Shown here: piece by piece, positions 10,324 through 20,259 of the stretch
Layout: every line of letters starts with the position of its first letter
Numbering within the stretch: position 1 is the stretch's first letter
Source of the DNA: Paramicrosporidium saccamoebae KSL3
Taxonomy: Eukaryota; Fungi; Cryptomycota
NCBI GenBank assembly: GCA_002794465.1
Contig: MTSL01000205.1
Span: 54,229 to 86,228, forward strand
Direction: 5' to 3'
Length of the DNA stretch: 32,000 nt
Notes under the pieces: generated by a model
The model's database searches: none
Seen by the model: the letters and a program-made list of their open reading frames with translations, nothing else
What the model was told of the DNA's origin: nothing
Position numbers and translations under genes: made by a program

Positions 10324-11244
10324 ATGCTACTCGTAGTGTTTTTATGCGTGATTGTGCTTGTGAAGGGAGAGGTAGAAAGCAAATCCTTTCCAGGCCTAAC
10401 CAAAAGAGACAGCTATATTACTTTTCCTGTCGCCAAACATGTACACAGTCATCTCTTAATCCTCACGGGTTCAGTTTAGATTGGACAGACCGATTGTTCA
10501 TTATCACAATTCGACCACCTATCGGAACGTCCCGTACCATTGTAACCCTACAGCATCGCTTATTTGTTAGATGTTCGTCTTGACAATCCAAATGGACATT
10601 TGCACGTAATCACAGCTGGAGATAAGGGCTGTCCTGGCAGGATGAGCACCAGCGATACGGCTCGTCTACTTGGCTGCAAAGTTGCCACGAATGCCGGCTT
10701 TTTTAACATGCAAACCGGCGACTGCATTGGAAATGTTGTCTCGCGCTCCCATCTCGTCCAACTCAGCGGCCTGCGCAATGTTAACATTGGTCTCACTCCT
10801 GCTGGATGGCTCGTGGGTTATCTCACCAAAAAAAGCGTTCAGCATCTCCAATTCAAAGAGTTGGTTGCCGGCGTCATCTGGCTTATCAGAGAAGGCGCAC
10901 CGTTCTGGGAAGAGAGCGAAATAGTCGAGGCACCTGATTTCATGGACATCGTTGCGCCACGCACCATCTTGGGACACGATGCCATGGGGAGGGCGGTGCT
11001 CGTGGTGGTGGAGGGCACCGAGTCGGTGGATGTGGGTGGCAAGACGGCATCAGGGGTGACAATTGCCGAATTGGGGCAACTCGCATTAGACTTGAAGTTG
11101 CACAATGCCATTAACCTGGATGGCGGTGGAAGTTCAGCCTTCTTCTTTGATGGCCAAATGATGAACACGATTACAGAAACGTGTCCAGATGATCCATCGA
11201 GCATATGCGAGAGGTTAGTAACTACCATTATCTGTATCAAATAA
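10324..11244 (+). CDS. NAGPA: Phosphodiester glycosidase, NAGPA (uncovering enzyme)-like, secreted, ~285 aa
   Basis: Signal peptide MLLVVFLCVIVLVKG; introns at 10441-10474 and 10542-10570. GCKVATNAGFF..TGDCIGNVVS, LVAGVIWLIREG, APRTILGHD and NAINLDGGGS parallel animal NAGPA. Confidence 0.85.
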
Positions 11245-11377
11245 ACCTTGGTGGAGAAAGTGTGCGAGTATGAGTGTGTATAAGGATCGAAAAATATCTA
11301 AATGATCCCTATTTTATAACTGCTGGTCTCATACTCCCACAGACTTCACGCACAGCGCTTACAGTACAAAAGACAGT

Positions 11378-11815
11378 TTACTTTGTCCGGATTAACTTTA
11401 ATGGCGCAGGCGAGTAGGCGAAATTGGCTGCATAAGATTTATGTCGCCAATGTGTTTCTTCTCCGCTACGCACTGCGTATTGCCAACCTTGTCTTTCGGC
11501 AAACCGCACCGCATCTGCTTCACTGTCAAACTTTAAACTGACACCCTGCATTGCGTCACGGGAACTCGTCCAGCCCATTAGGGGATTCTCCCATCGGGCT
11601 TGTTCGTTGTCAAAGTCAAGCCGCCACGCAGAGGTATGGAGTAGACCGCTTTGCATGGCATTGCGAGCCGGTTGGTAAATGTACACACGGCGAGCCGTTA
11701 ATCCTGGGGGCGTACTGGCAGCCGCATTAACCCGAACTTCTGGCACTGCAACCGGTGCTACATTCCGGGTGGAGAAGCGCCGAAGAAGAGCAAATAACTT
11801 GTGTTGCGGCGGCAT
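11378..11815 (-). CDS. NDUFS4: NADH:ubiquinone oxidoreductase subunit NDUFS4
   Basis: RRVYIYQPARNAMQSG, RWENPLMGWTSSRD, LKFDSEADAVRFAERQGW and KSYAANF. The only usable ATG before the conserved core is 11815, which gives a presequence-like N-terminus. Confidence 0.93.
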   Translation of the reverse strand: MPPQHKLFALLRRFSTRNVAPVAVPEVRVNAAASTPPGLTARRVYIYQPARNAMQSGLLHTSAWRLDFDNEQARWENPLMGWTSSRDAMQGVSLKFDSEADAVRFAERQGWQYAVRSGEETHWRHKSYAANFAYSPAPLKLIRTK

Positions 11816-11831
11816 TTGATTGGTTGGGAGT

Positions 11832-14531
11832 ATGAATCCGGATGAAGAGTTATCAAAACTTGGGGTAGAGGCAGTTGATGTGGGAGAATATGAGTCTTCC
11901 TTTGAAAAAAAGGTGCGGCCAAGACGAAAGCTTCCTAGACGTGTAGGTTGATCGTGAAATGAGGGAACAGGAACGGACACTGGAATGGAAGCGGCTGGAA
12001 AAGACACGAGAGAGTATTGCAACGCTGCGATTACGCATCGATACGGCCTCGGAAAAGGTTTCAGTAGCAAGGCTAGCCAAACTAGTAATGCTAGGATAGT
12101 CTACTGATTATAGATGGACCGGATGGACGAGCTGCTAGAAGAAGAGAGGCTTATTTTGGAGCGTATCGATATGCATGTCCACGAAAGGACAGTGCCAGCT
12201 GTTGCTCCGGCCAAGAGGCCAAAGCTGGCTGCTGAGACAATACCCGTGAAAGAGGTTGTAAATGTTGAAGATGGCGCATCCGATGCCTCGGTGGTGTCAG
12301 GGGAAGAAACTGAAGAATCCTACGACGATGGCAACGAAGCCTTTTTCCAGTCGAGACTAAAGAGATGGATCGATGAATTTGGGGGAGAGGTAGATCTGTC
12401 AATTCTGCAAAAGGATTTGGAAGAGCAAGCCAGTGGCTTGACGTTTCCAGCACTCGTCAACACGGACGTGCCGGGATTCAAAGTGCCCTCCATGGTTTGG
12501 GAACGATTGCTCGACTATCAGCGAGACGGTGTACAATGGCTCTTGAATCTTTATCGACAGGAGGTAGGGGGCATTTTGGGTGACGAAATGGGTCTGGGAA
12601 AGACGATCCAAATTGTGGCACTCATTTCATCCCTCCAAGCCAGTGGAAAGCTGGATCGACCCGTCTTGGTGGTTTGTCCAGCGACAGTGATGAAGCAGTG
12701 GGTCAAAGAGTTTCATTCATGGTGGCCAATCCTACGCATCGTGCTACTTCATTCGGCTGGCAGCTTGGGAGGTGATCTTAAAAAGGCAATCAAGTCGGTT
12801 TCGCGAAAAGGCCACGTCATGGTTACCTCATACGGACACTTGCAGCATCGGATAATTGGGAAAAGGATTTTGGAAGAGACCTTTAGTGCAGTGATCCTCG
12901 ACGAAGGACACAAAATTCGCAATCCAACCACTGAAATTACCGTCTTGTGCAAAAAGCTACAAACTCCACATCGGTTCATCTTGTCGGGAACGCCGATCCA
13001 AAACAATTTGATCGAGCTGTGGTCATTGATGGATTTTGTGTATCCGGGACGGCTGGGAACATTAAATGTGTTCAAGGCTGAAATTGCATTGCCTATTAAT
13101 GCGGGTGGCTATTTAAATGCTTCCTCGCTTTTGGTTCAGACCTCGTACAAGTGTGCCTGCATCCTCAAAGACCTCATTGCCCCATACCTCCTAAGGAGAG
13201 TAAAGGCGGATGTTGCGCAGAGTTTGCCCGAGAAGCAGGAACAGGTATTGTTCTGCCAGCTTACAGAATATCAGCGCGAGTTGTATGAGCATTATATTCA
13301 ATCCGAAGATGTCAGAGCAATTTTATCAGGGGAAAAGAACATTTTGGCTGGAATCGACATTCTTCGCAAGATTTGTAACCATCCCTCCCTACTAAGAGTT
13401 GAAGATGAGCAACTTTATGGCCTCACACACATTAGTGTACCGACAGATCCCAATTTGAAAAGTGGAAAACTAAATGTTCTCACCAGTATCCTTCAGCATT
13501 GGCATGCGAACGGGCATCGAGTCTTGTTATTCTCTCAGACCCGACAAATGCTCAACATTATAGAAGATTTTATCGTCCAGAGCAATTTTCGCCATCTTCG
13601 CATGGACGGCACTACCCCAATCCACCAACGAATGGCACTCGTGGACGAGTTTAATGGAAAAAGGGACATATTCATCTTTCTCCTCACAACCAAAGTTGGT
13701 GGGCTGGGCATCAATCTGACCGGAGCAGATCGTGTGCTTATTTATGATCCAGACTGGAATCCCTCCACAGACATTCAGGCAAGAGAACGAGCATGGCGAC
13801 TCGGCCAGACGAGACCCGTCACTATATACCGGATGCTGACGGTGGGTACTATTGAGGAAAAGATTTACCATCGACAAATCTTTAAGCAATATTTGACAAA
13901 CCGGATTCTGGCAGATCCCAAGCAAACACGCTTTTTCAAGTCTTCTGACTTGTATGATTTGTTTACATTATCAAGTGTTGAATCCCATGACGTATCTGAG
14001 ACAAAGGCCCTTTTGGAGGAGTCGTCCAAAGAAGACAATAGTCACATTTTGGATGGCTTGCTGCAGATTACAGGATTGCATTCGGCACTTGAGCATGACA
14101 AGTTGATTGAAAAGCCAAAGCGTGAGTTGCTATTAGTAGAGAGGGAGGCCCAGAAACGTGCAGCCGAGGCCATTGAGGCGCTGCAGAGATCCCGAGAGAT
14201 GCGCAATCTGGACACGATCCAGGTGAGTCTTGGCGCTGGTTTGTCGTCGTCTGCCATCATGGCTAGTATCCGCCGACGACAGCTAGCAGCCACAGATGAC
14301 ACTCCTGTCACTGTGCCGGCTGGACAGGAGCCGCTGCAAAAGATTGTGGATCAGCTTTTCGTATTGTTTACTCTGAGTCATGGAAAGTGCTCGAGTCAGT
14401 TCATTGCATCCAAGTTTTCATTCGTAGTAGGAGACGATGCAATTGCATTCCGCCAGGTATTGCGCACAATTGCCACATTGGATGGAAGTGGAATGTGGAG
14501 ACTAAAGGACCAATATTATAGAGCAACCTAA
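11832..14531 (+). CDS. RAD26: SNF2-family ATPase Rad26/CSB (transcription-coupled repair)
   Basis: GGILGDEMGLGKTIQ, ILDEGHKIRNP, LSGTPIQNNL and QARERAWRLGQ. Two introns (11913-11946, 12085-12113) add an N-terminus LSKLGVEAVD... resembling the CSB N-terminal coiled coil. Confidence 0.92.
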
Positions 14532-14609
14532 GGTCTGGGGAGGCAAAGATATCGTATAAATACTGTATAATGGCATATTAGAAATCAGTGCGTGGTATAA
14601 ATTGCAGTT

Positions 14610-14973
14610 TTACTTCCTATCCTCCACCATGATAATGTGATAGCCAAATTGAGTCTTGACAGGTGGATCTGTGTAGATGGGGCAGTTGACCGTGCTTGGC
14701 TGCAGTTGAAAGGCAGCCTCCTGGAATGCCCCCACCATTGACCCGCGTACCATCCAGCCCAAACTGCCTCCTTGCCGCGCCTTGTCCTCGCTAAACTTTT
14801 CTGCAACACTGTTGAAACTCTGGCCGGCTTTGAGCAGAGCCATTGCCTCCATACACTTGCCATGCTTCTCGCACAATATGTGACGAACCTTGACTGACGT
14901 GGCCGATTTCAGCTCGTCTAGAATATAGCCAAATGGACTGTGACTTACCATTACCCTTCTTCTTGGGTGGCAT
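14610..14973 (-). CDS. PIN4: Parvulin-type peptidyl-prolyl isomerase Par14
   Basis: MPPKKKGN, a 31-nt intron (14918-14948, GTAAGT), then [23 protein letters not shown] and [15 protein letters not shown]. Confidence 0.93.
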
Positions 14974-15002
14974 GAAATGTCCAACCAATCGGGACCCGTC
15001 GC

Positions 15003-17066
15003 ATGAATAGCCCGCGAGACGCCCTCCGTCCTCGGGACATGTCCAGTCTGGAAGCCCAACTTCGCACCTCTGTGCGTGTGCAACTGGAGAATACGCGTGA
15101 CAGTATCCGTTGCCTCTCTGCCTCTCAGGACCGTCTGCGCGAATCCGGCGGAGCACTGGCCCGAGTTATTGACCTTTGTGAGCAATCTGAAACGCTGATA
15201 GATAATTATCCATTCATCAAGCAGGTGAGCCGAACACACCAGAATTTCGCACTGACAAAGCGCGTTTTCGACGAATTTTGTGCACTGGATGCCAAAGTGG
15301 AGCGATGTGCGGGCCTGCTGCAAATGGACCAGGAGAGTGGACAGCCAGACAACCTGTTGTTAGTATTCTACTACCTGTCGAGGCTGGAAATGTTCCGGAG
15401 GCAGACACTGGAGCTGATGCAGGATGCGCCTTCTACAGCAGTGTACACAATCAAACGATATTTCAAGAAATTGGACGATTTGGCCAATTCATTTGAAGAA
15501 TTTTTCTGGCGTCTCCCCAAGCAAATTTTCACCATGGCTGAGGAGGGTCAGGCCACGCACTTGGTGATGATGGTCAAAGTGCTGGTGGCAATGGATGTGG
15601 CAGAGAGGCCTCGCTTCAATACAATTTTGGACGATCTAATTGCAACAAAGTTTACGACTGCAATTGCTGCAGGCGGAGTGACGCCGGCAGAGGAACCTTC
15701 CTCGGTTTTGGAGGCAATTTCTTTCTGGCAGAATGATTTGATGGTGGTGAGGAATGATTTGGTCCCCAAGTTTCCCACTTCGTTTAATATTTTGGATTTT
15801 TTCGTTCTGACGTACCATCGAAACATTCACTCAATCCTGGCCCAGTGTCTGGGGACCAAACTGGGACCAGCTGATATTTTGTATATCATCGGCTGGGTCC
15901 GAACATATCATGACGAGATGGCAGCCCAATTGGGCATCTCTGCCGATGATTTAGAGCCCAGATTGTTGGACGATCGGGAGCCACAGCTGATTGCCGAATA
16001 TGTGGCCCTGTCGCGAGCCAAGATTAACGAATGGATAGGCAATCTGTTGGCGGCAGAGGCCAAAAACTTTGCAGAACGGACAGAGGCTCCAGACACAGAT
16101 GCTGACAATCATTACATGACCCCGGCAGGGATCGATCTCTTTCAGATTGTCAAGCAACACATTGACACTGTGGCACAAGCCAGTCGTGGTCGATTAGTGT
16201 TGGAGATTGTGGGCGAGTGTGTCAAGTCGGTGAATGGCTTCATCTCTGGGATGGCCAAGGCGTTGGAGAGTGAAAAGACAAGGTATCTGGACAAGCCCGA
16301 CACAGCCGCTCCATATTTTGAAGATTACGTAATCATGCTGGGAAATACTTGTCTGAAATGGGTCAGCTATCTCGACGATCTAACAGGCGACTTGGAGGAA
16401 ATTCTTGCATCCGAGTTTGTTGCGTCGGGGACGAAGACTTTGAAGACGCTTGGCGAGGGATTCGTGAACCTGGCCAAGGTGTGCACGCAAGTGCTGGCCG
16501 AGATTATCTTCCGATCAGTGAAACCGGCAGTTCAGCAGCTATTTACCAATGTGTGGTATGGTGACGAAAACCTGGTAGAGTCCATCGTGGCTACTTTTGA
16601 CGACTTTTTCAAAGACTATCAGGAGCATGCTGACACGTTTTTGCTCAATAAGCTGGTTGCCGATGTCTTAGAGCGTCTCTTCTTGACCTACCTGGATCAA
16701 TTGCGTTCCAAGTCAAGCAAGCTCAAAATGCCCACTGCAGCGACGCTTCTCTCCTCTGACGTCTCCTCCGTAATTTCCTTCTTCTCCACCTACCGCGACC
16801 CTGATCGGGTCAAGAAGGCTCTCGACCCGCTGGCCAAATTTGTTGCACTAATAGGATCATCTCAAAGGATGATATTTTTAGAGTTTGTGTCCTTCTGGAA
16901 GGTATATCCAGATGTGCCACTGGGGCTGTTTGAAGAGGTTTTGGGACGGAGAGACGATCTGGAGCGGGCAGCAGTGAGGGAAATTGTGGAAAGTTGTCGA
17001 AAAAAGACGCAAGAGGACAAGATTGTGGAAGCGGCACCCTCTATATTTTCAAAGGTGAAGCCCTAG
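15003..17066 (+). CDS. SEC6: Exocyst complex component Sec6/EXOC3
   Basis: 687 aa helical [43 protein letters not shown] and the C-terminal YPDVP...LGRRDDL are Sec6-like. Confidence 0.85.
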   Translation: MNSPRDALRPRDMSSLEAQLRTSVRVQLENTRDSIRCLSASQDRLRESGGALARVIDLCEQSETLIDNYPFIKQVSRTHQNFALTKRVFDEFCALDAKVERCAGLLQMDQESGQPDNLLLVFYYLSRLEMFRRQTLELMQDAPSTAVYTIKRYFKKLDDLANSFEEFFWRLPKQIFTMAEEGQATHLVMMVKVLVAMDVAERPRFNTILDDLIATKFTTAIAAGGVTPAEEPSSVLEAISFWQNDLMVVRNDLVPKFPTSFNILDFFVLTYHRNIHSILAQCLGTKLGPADILYIIGWVRTYHDEMAAQLGISADDLEPRLLDDREPQLIAEYVALSRAKINEWIGNLLAAEAKNFAERTEAPDTDADNHYMTPAGIDLFQIVKQHIDTVAQASRGRLVLEIVGECVKSVNGFISGMAKALESEKTRYLDKPDTAAPYFEDYVIMLGNTCLKWVSYLDDLTGDLEEILASEFVASGTKTLKTLGEGFVNLAKVCTQVLAEIIFRSVKPAVQQLFTNVWYGDENLVESIVATFDDFFKDYQEHADTFLLNKLVADVLERLFLTYLDQLRSKSSKLKMPTAATLLSSDVSSVISFFSTYRDPDRVKKALDPLAKFVALIGSSQRMIFLEFVSFWKVYPDVPLGLFEEVLGRRDDLERAAVREIVESCRKKTQEDKIVEAAPSIFSKVKP

Positions 17067-17371
17067 ATAATTGTTCAATTTGTAAAGTATTAGTGGGGGG
17101 ATATAGATGATGTGTAAAAAAAGTGTAGAGGGTGTGTAGAGGATTTATAGAAAATTTGGAAATGATGTGCAGAGGATGTATAGATAACGTGGGGAGGATG
17201 TGAAAAGAATGTGTACATGTCAACCCGTGTGTAGAGTGGCGGACCGGTACTAAATGGATGCTATTTAACATATACAATTGCATCTGCTGACCCGCTGTAA
17301 AGTCATGATTCAAAACATACTACTCTGTATTGCTATTGCTATATACCGCAACCGCTGCTACATTGTATGGG

Positions 17372-18676
17372 TTAGTGGATCTTGGCAAGTGCATCCATCA
17401 GAACAGTCATATCGCTGCTAATATTGCCGGCAAATTTGAGCACCTTTTCCTTAGTGTCCAACACCTCGACAGTCTGCGTGTAGGGGTTGTAGCGCACTGT
17501 GAAGGGACGATCCATGGTGGTGGCAAACTCCCGAATACGTTCCTGGGCATTTTTGAAGCTCTCGGCAACAAAGTAGAGGGGCTGGAAGCGGGTGACGGGA
17601 TATTCCTGCAGCGCCGTATTGGGCGGATCAAAGGGCAATTTGGCGGGCTCTTCAGTCAGACAATACTCCAACTCGCCAAAGGAGGACAACAGACCGGCTC
17701 CATAGGCACGCAACTCGCCGTCCTGCTTGCACAGACCAAATTCGACAGTAAACCAATAGATGGTGGCCAATTTCTTAATGTCCTCGTCAGAGGCCCCCAG
17801 GGAGACGAGTCCGATCTCCTGCGAAAAGGCCGCAAAGTCGGGATCAGCAAACAATGGCACATGGCCGAGTAGCTCATGACAGACATCCGGTTCGGGGGTG
17901 TAAAAGGGTTTTGAATGATGACGAATGTACTGCGTGGAGTGGAAGACGCGGAAGGCAAGACCGGCTAAAAAGTCGCGTGAACTAAGTAATCCCATGACAG
18001 GACGCAGAGTAAAGCCGGTACAATCCTTGAGAAAGTTGGAAATGTCCTCCAACTGTGGAATAGAGTTGGGCGAGTAGCCGCAGTTCTGGATCAGTAAGGG
18101 AAAGACATACTGATGCTCCTTGCACGCATGGGTCGGATACATAGTCACCAGTCGCTCATAGACGGCATTCCATGTCTTAATCTCTTTCGCCGTGTACTCT
18201 ATGCGCGGAATGGGCTGGCCCGTCTTGTGAGAACGGGCAATGGCAGTAATCTCTGCCCGTCGCTGACGATATGCCTCGTCGGTGAAGCCTGGATGATCGG
18301 CCGATAATGCCTCCCCAAACTCCAACGTCTTGGTTGCAAACCCATCCAGGTCGCCCATCTTGCGGGGGAACCATGGGATTGCACAGGTTTTGACGAGTTG
18401 GGGATTCTTGCTGATGACAGTCACAGTCTTTGTGACCGCCATCAAATACTTTTTCAGCTGCTCCACCTGAGCGGGGTCGTTTGAAATAAACTCGGTCATA
18501 AAATCATATTCCCATTCAAAGTTCCGCGACGGCCGCGATTCAATGTGACTCAGCGACACGCCCGCCTGCTGAAAGCATCGCAATGCATTCTCCAGCGAGC
18601 CCGGCTTGTCTTCCACTGTAAAAAGAAGCGTAAGACGAGGATTGTCAGCGTCAATGTCGACCGATGTAGTCTGCAT
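17372..18676 (-). CDS. PAH: Phenylalanine-4-hydroxylase (ACT domain + biopterin-dependent hydroxylase)
   Basis: ACT domain [12 protein letters not shown]...HIESRPSR; catalytic [27 protein letters not shown] and YWFTVEFGL with the iron ligands intact. Confidence 0.92.
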   Translation of the reverse strand: MQTTSVDIDADNPRLTLLFTVEDKPGSLENALRCFQQAGVSLSHIESRPSRNFEWEYDFMTEFISNDPAQVEQLKKYLMAVTKTVTVISKNPQLVKTCAIPWFPRKMGDLDGFATKTLEFGEALSADHPGFTDEAYRQRRAEITAIARSHKTGQPIPRIEYTAKEIKTWNAVYERLVTMYPTHACKEHQYVFPLLIQNCGYSPNSIPQLEDISNFLKDCTGFTLRPVMGLLSSRDFLAGLAFRVFHSTQYIRHHSKPFYTPEPDVCHELLGHVPLFADPDFAAFSQEIGLVSLGASDEDIKKLATIYWFTVEFGLCKQDGELRAYGAGLLSSFGELEYCLTEEPAKLPFDPPNTALQEYPVTRFQPLYFVAESFKNAQERIREFATTMDRPFTVRYNPYTQTVEVLDTKEKVLKFAGNISSDMTVLMDALAKIH

Positions 18677-18815
18677 GAATCATGGCCGACAAATCACCGT
18701 CTAAATACACAAACCCATTCTGACCGACGAATCACAATCAACGAACCGTTCAGTAGAAAGGACAATTTACTAACGTTACTTACATCAGCGCACCCATTGA
18801 TTTTGTTGGATTGTA

Positions 18816-18831
18816 GGCATTTAAAAATGCC
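18816..18831 (-). other. Histone 3' stem-loop element (H4)
   Basis: Sense strand GGCATT-TTTA-AATGCC (6-bp stem, 4-nt loop), 26 nt after the H4 stop. Confidence 0.8.
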
Positions 18832-18857
18832 ATTGAGTATTATGAACAGACGGATGC

Positions 18858-19386
<529 letters not shown>

Positions 19387-19800
19387 ATGGCCCGCACCAA
19401 GCAAACCGCCCGCAAGTCCACCGGAGGCAAAGCGCCCCGCAAGCAAATCGCCACCAAGGCTGCCCGCAAGTCGGCGCCCTCCAGCTCCGCTGGCATCAAG
19501 AAGCCCCATCGTTATCGTCCCGGAACTGTTGCTCTCCGTGAAATCCGTCGCTACCAGAAGAGCACTGAGCTGTTGATCCGCAAGCTGCCTTTCCAGCGTC
19601 TCGTCAGGGAGATTGCCCAGGAGGCCAAGACTGACTTGCGTTTCCAGAGCACTGCCATTGCTGCCCTCCAGGAGGCTGCTGAGGCTTACCTTGTGTCCTT
19701 GTTCGAGGACGTCAATCTCTGCGCCATCCACGCCAAGCGTGTCACTATCATGGTCCGCGACATCCAGTTGGCCCGCCGCATCCGTGGTGAACGTGCTTAA
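19387..19800 (+). CDS. H3: Histone H3 (divergent, one-residue tail insertion)
   Basis: [10 protein letters not shown] tail and histone fold, 137 aa, intronless, divergent from H4. Confidence 0.98.
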   Translation: MARTKQTARKSTGGKAPRKQIATKAARKSAPSSSAGIKKPHRYRPGTVALREIRRYQKSTELLIRKLPFQRLVREIAQEAKTDLRFQSTAIAALQEAAEAYLVSLFEDVNLCAIHAKRVTIMVRDIQLARRIRGERA

Positions 19801-19817
19801 TTGTCCCCTATACATAC

Positions 19818-19833
19818 GGCTTTTTTAAAAGCC
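19818..19833 (+). other. Histone 3' stem-loop element (H3)
   Basis: GGCTTT-TTTA-AAAGCC (6-bp stem, 4-nt loop), 17 nt after the H3 stop. Confidence 0.8.
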
Positions 19834-20259
19834 TATCTGTTGCCTGATACCCATTGTCATTTAGCAACGGATTCAGATGCAGAATACATAGTGTAGAGCG
19901 GGCGAGTCTTAGTATTGAGTAGTTAATTGAGTCTTGCTGAGTTTTATTGAGTAATTGGTTGATTGGTCTCATGAGTTGGCTCTTGTGCTGGCTGAATATT
20001 GGAGACGATTATTTGATAATAATTCACACCAACCAGTTTCTTCCGAGATTTATTGTTCACTTGCAGAGTATGGTGCGCCGGTCACATGTTTAATGAGACT
20101 ACATTTCCGAAACAGCTACAGTACTGGCGAGTGGCAGTAATTGACGGTTACGATCTGTGTTACATTACACATACCATTCATTTTCATTGCATTTGTAAAT
20201 TATCAAAGTCTATCACCAACGCAACGTGGTCGTGCCATAGCTATTTAATTGATACCCGC

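Noticed and set aside
11816-12070. 85-codon N-terminal extension of NDUFS4
   Set aside because: Non-ATG start; it is the antisense of RAD26 exons 1-2.
14974-15323. Long N-terminal extension of PIN4 in the ORF track
   Set aside because: It is the antisense of SEC6; the real start is MPPKKKG with a canonical GTAAGT intron.
17090-17250. Purine-rich GTGTAGAGGAT-like repeats after SEC6
   Set aside because: No consistent period; low-complexity 3' flank.
17330-17872. 180-aa antisense ORF over PAH, and similar antisense ORFs over the ATPase, TPS2 and RAD26
   Set aside because: Expected shadows of biased codon usage; no recognisable domains.
19834-19870. U7-type histone downstream element
   Set aside because: No purine-rich AAAGAG-like element is shared by the H3 and H4 flanks.
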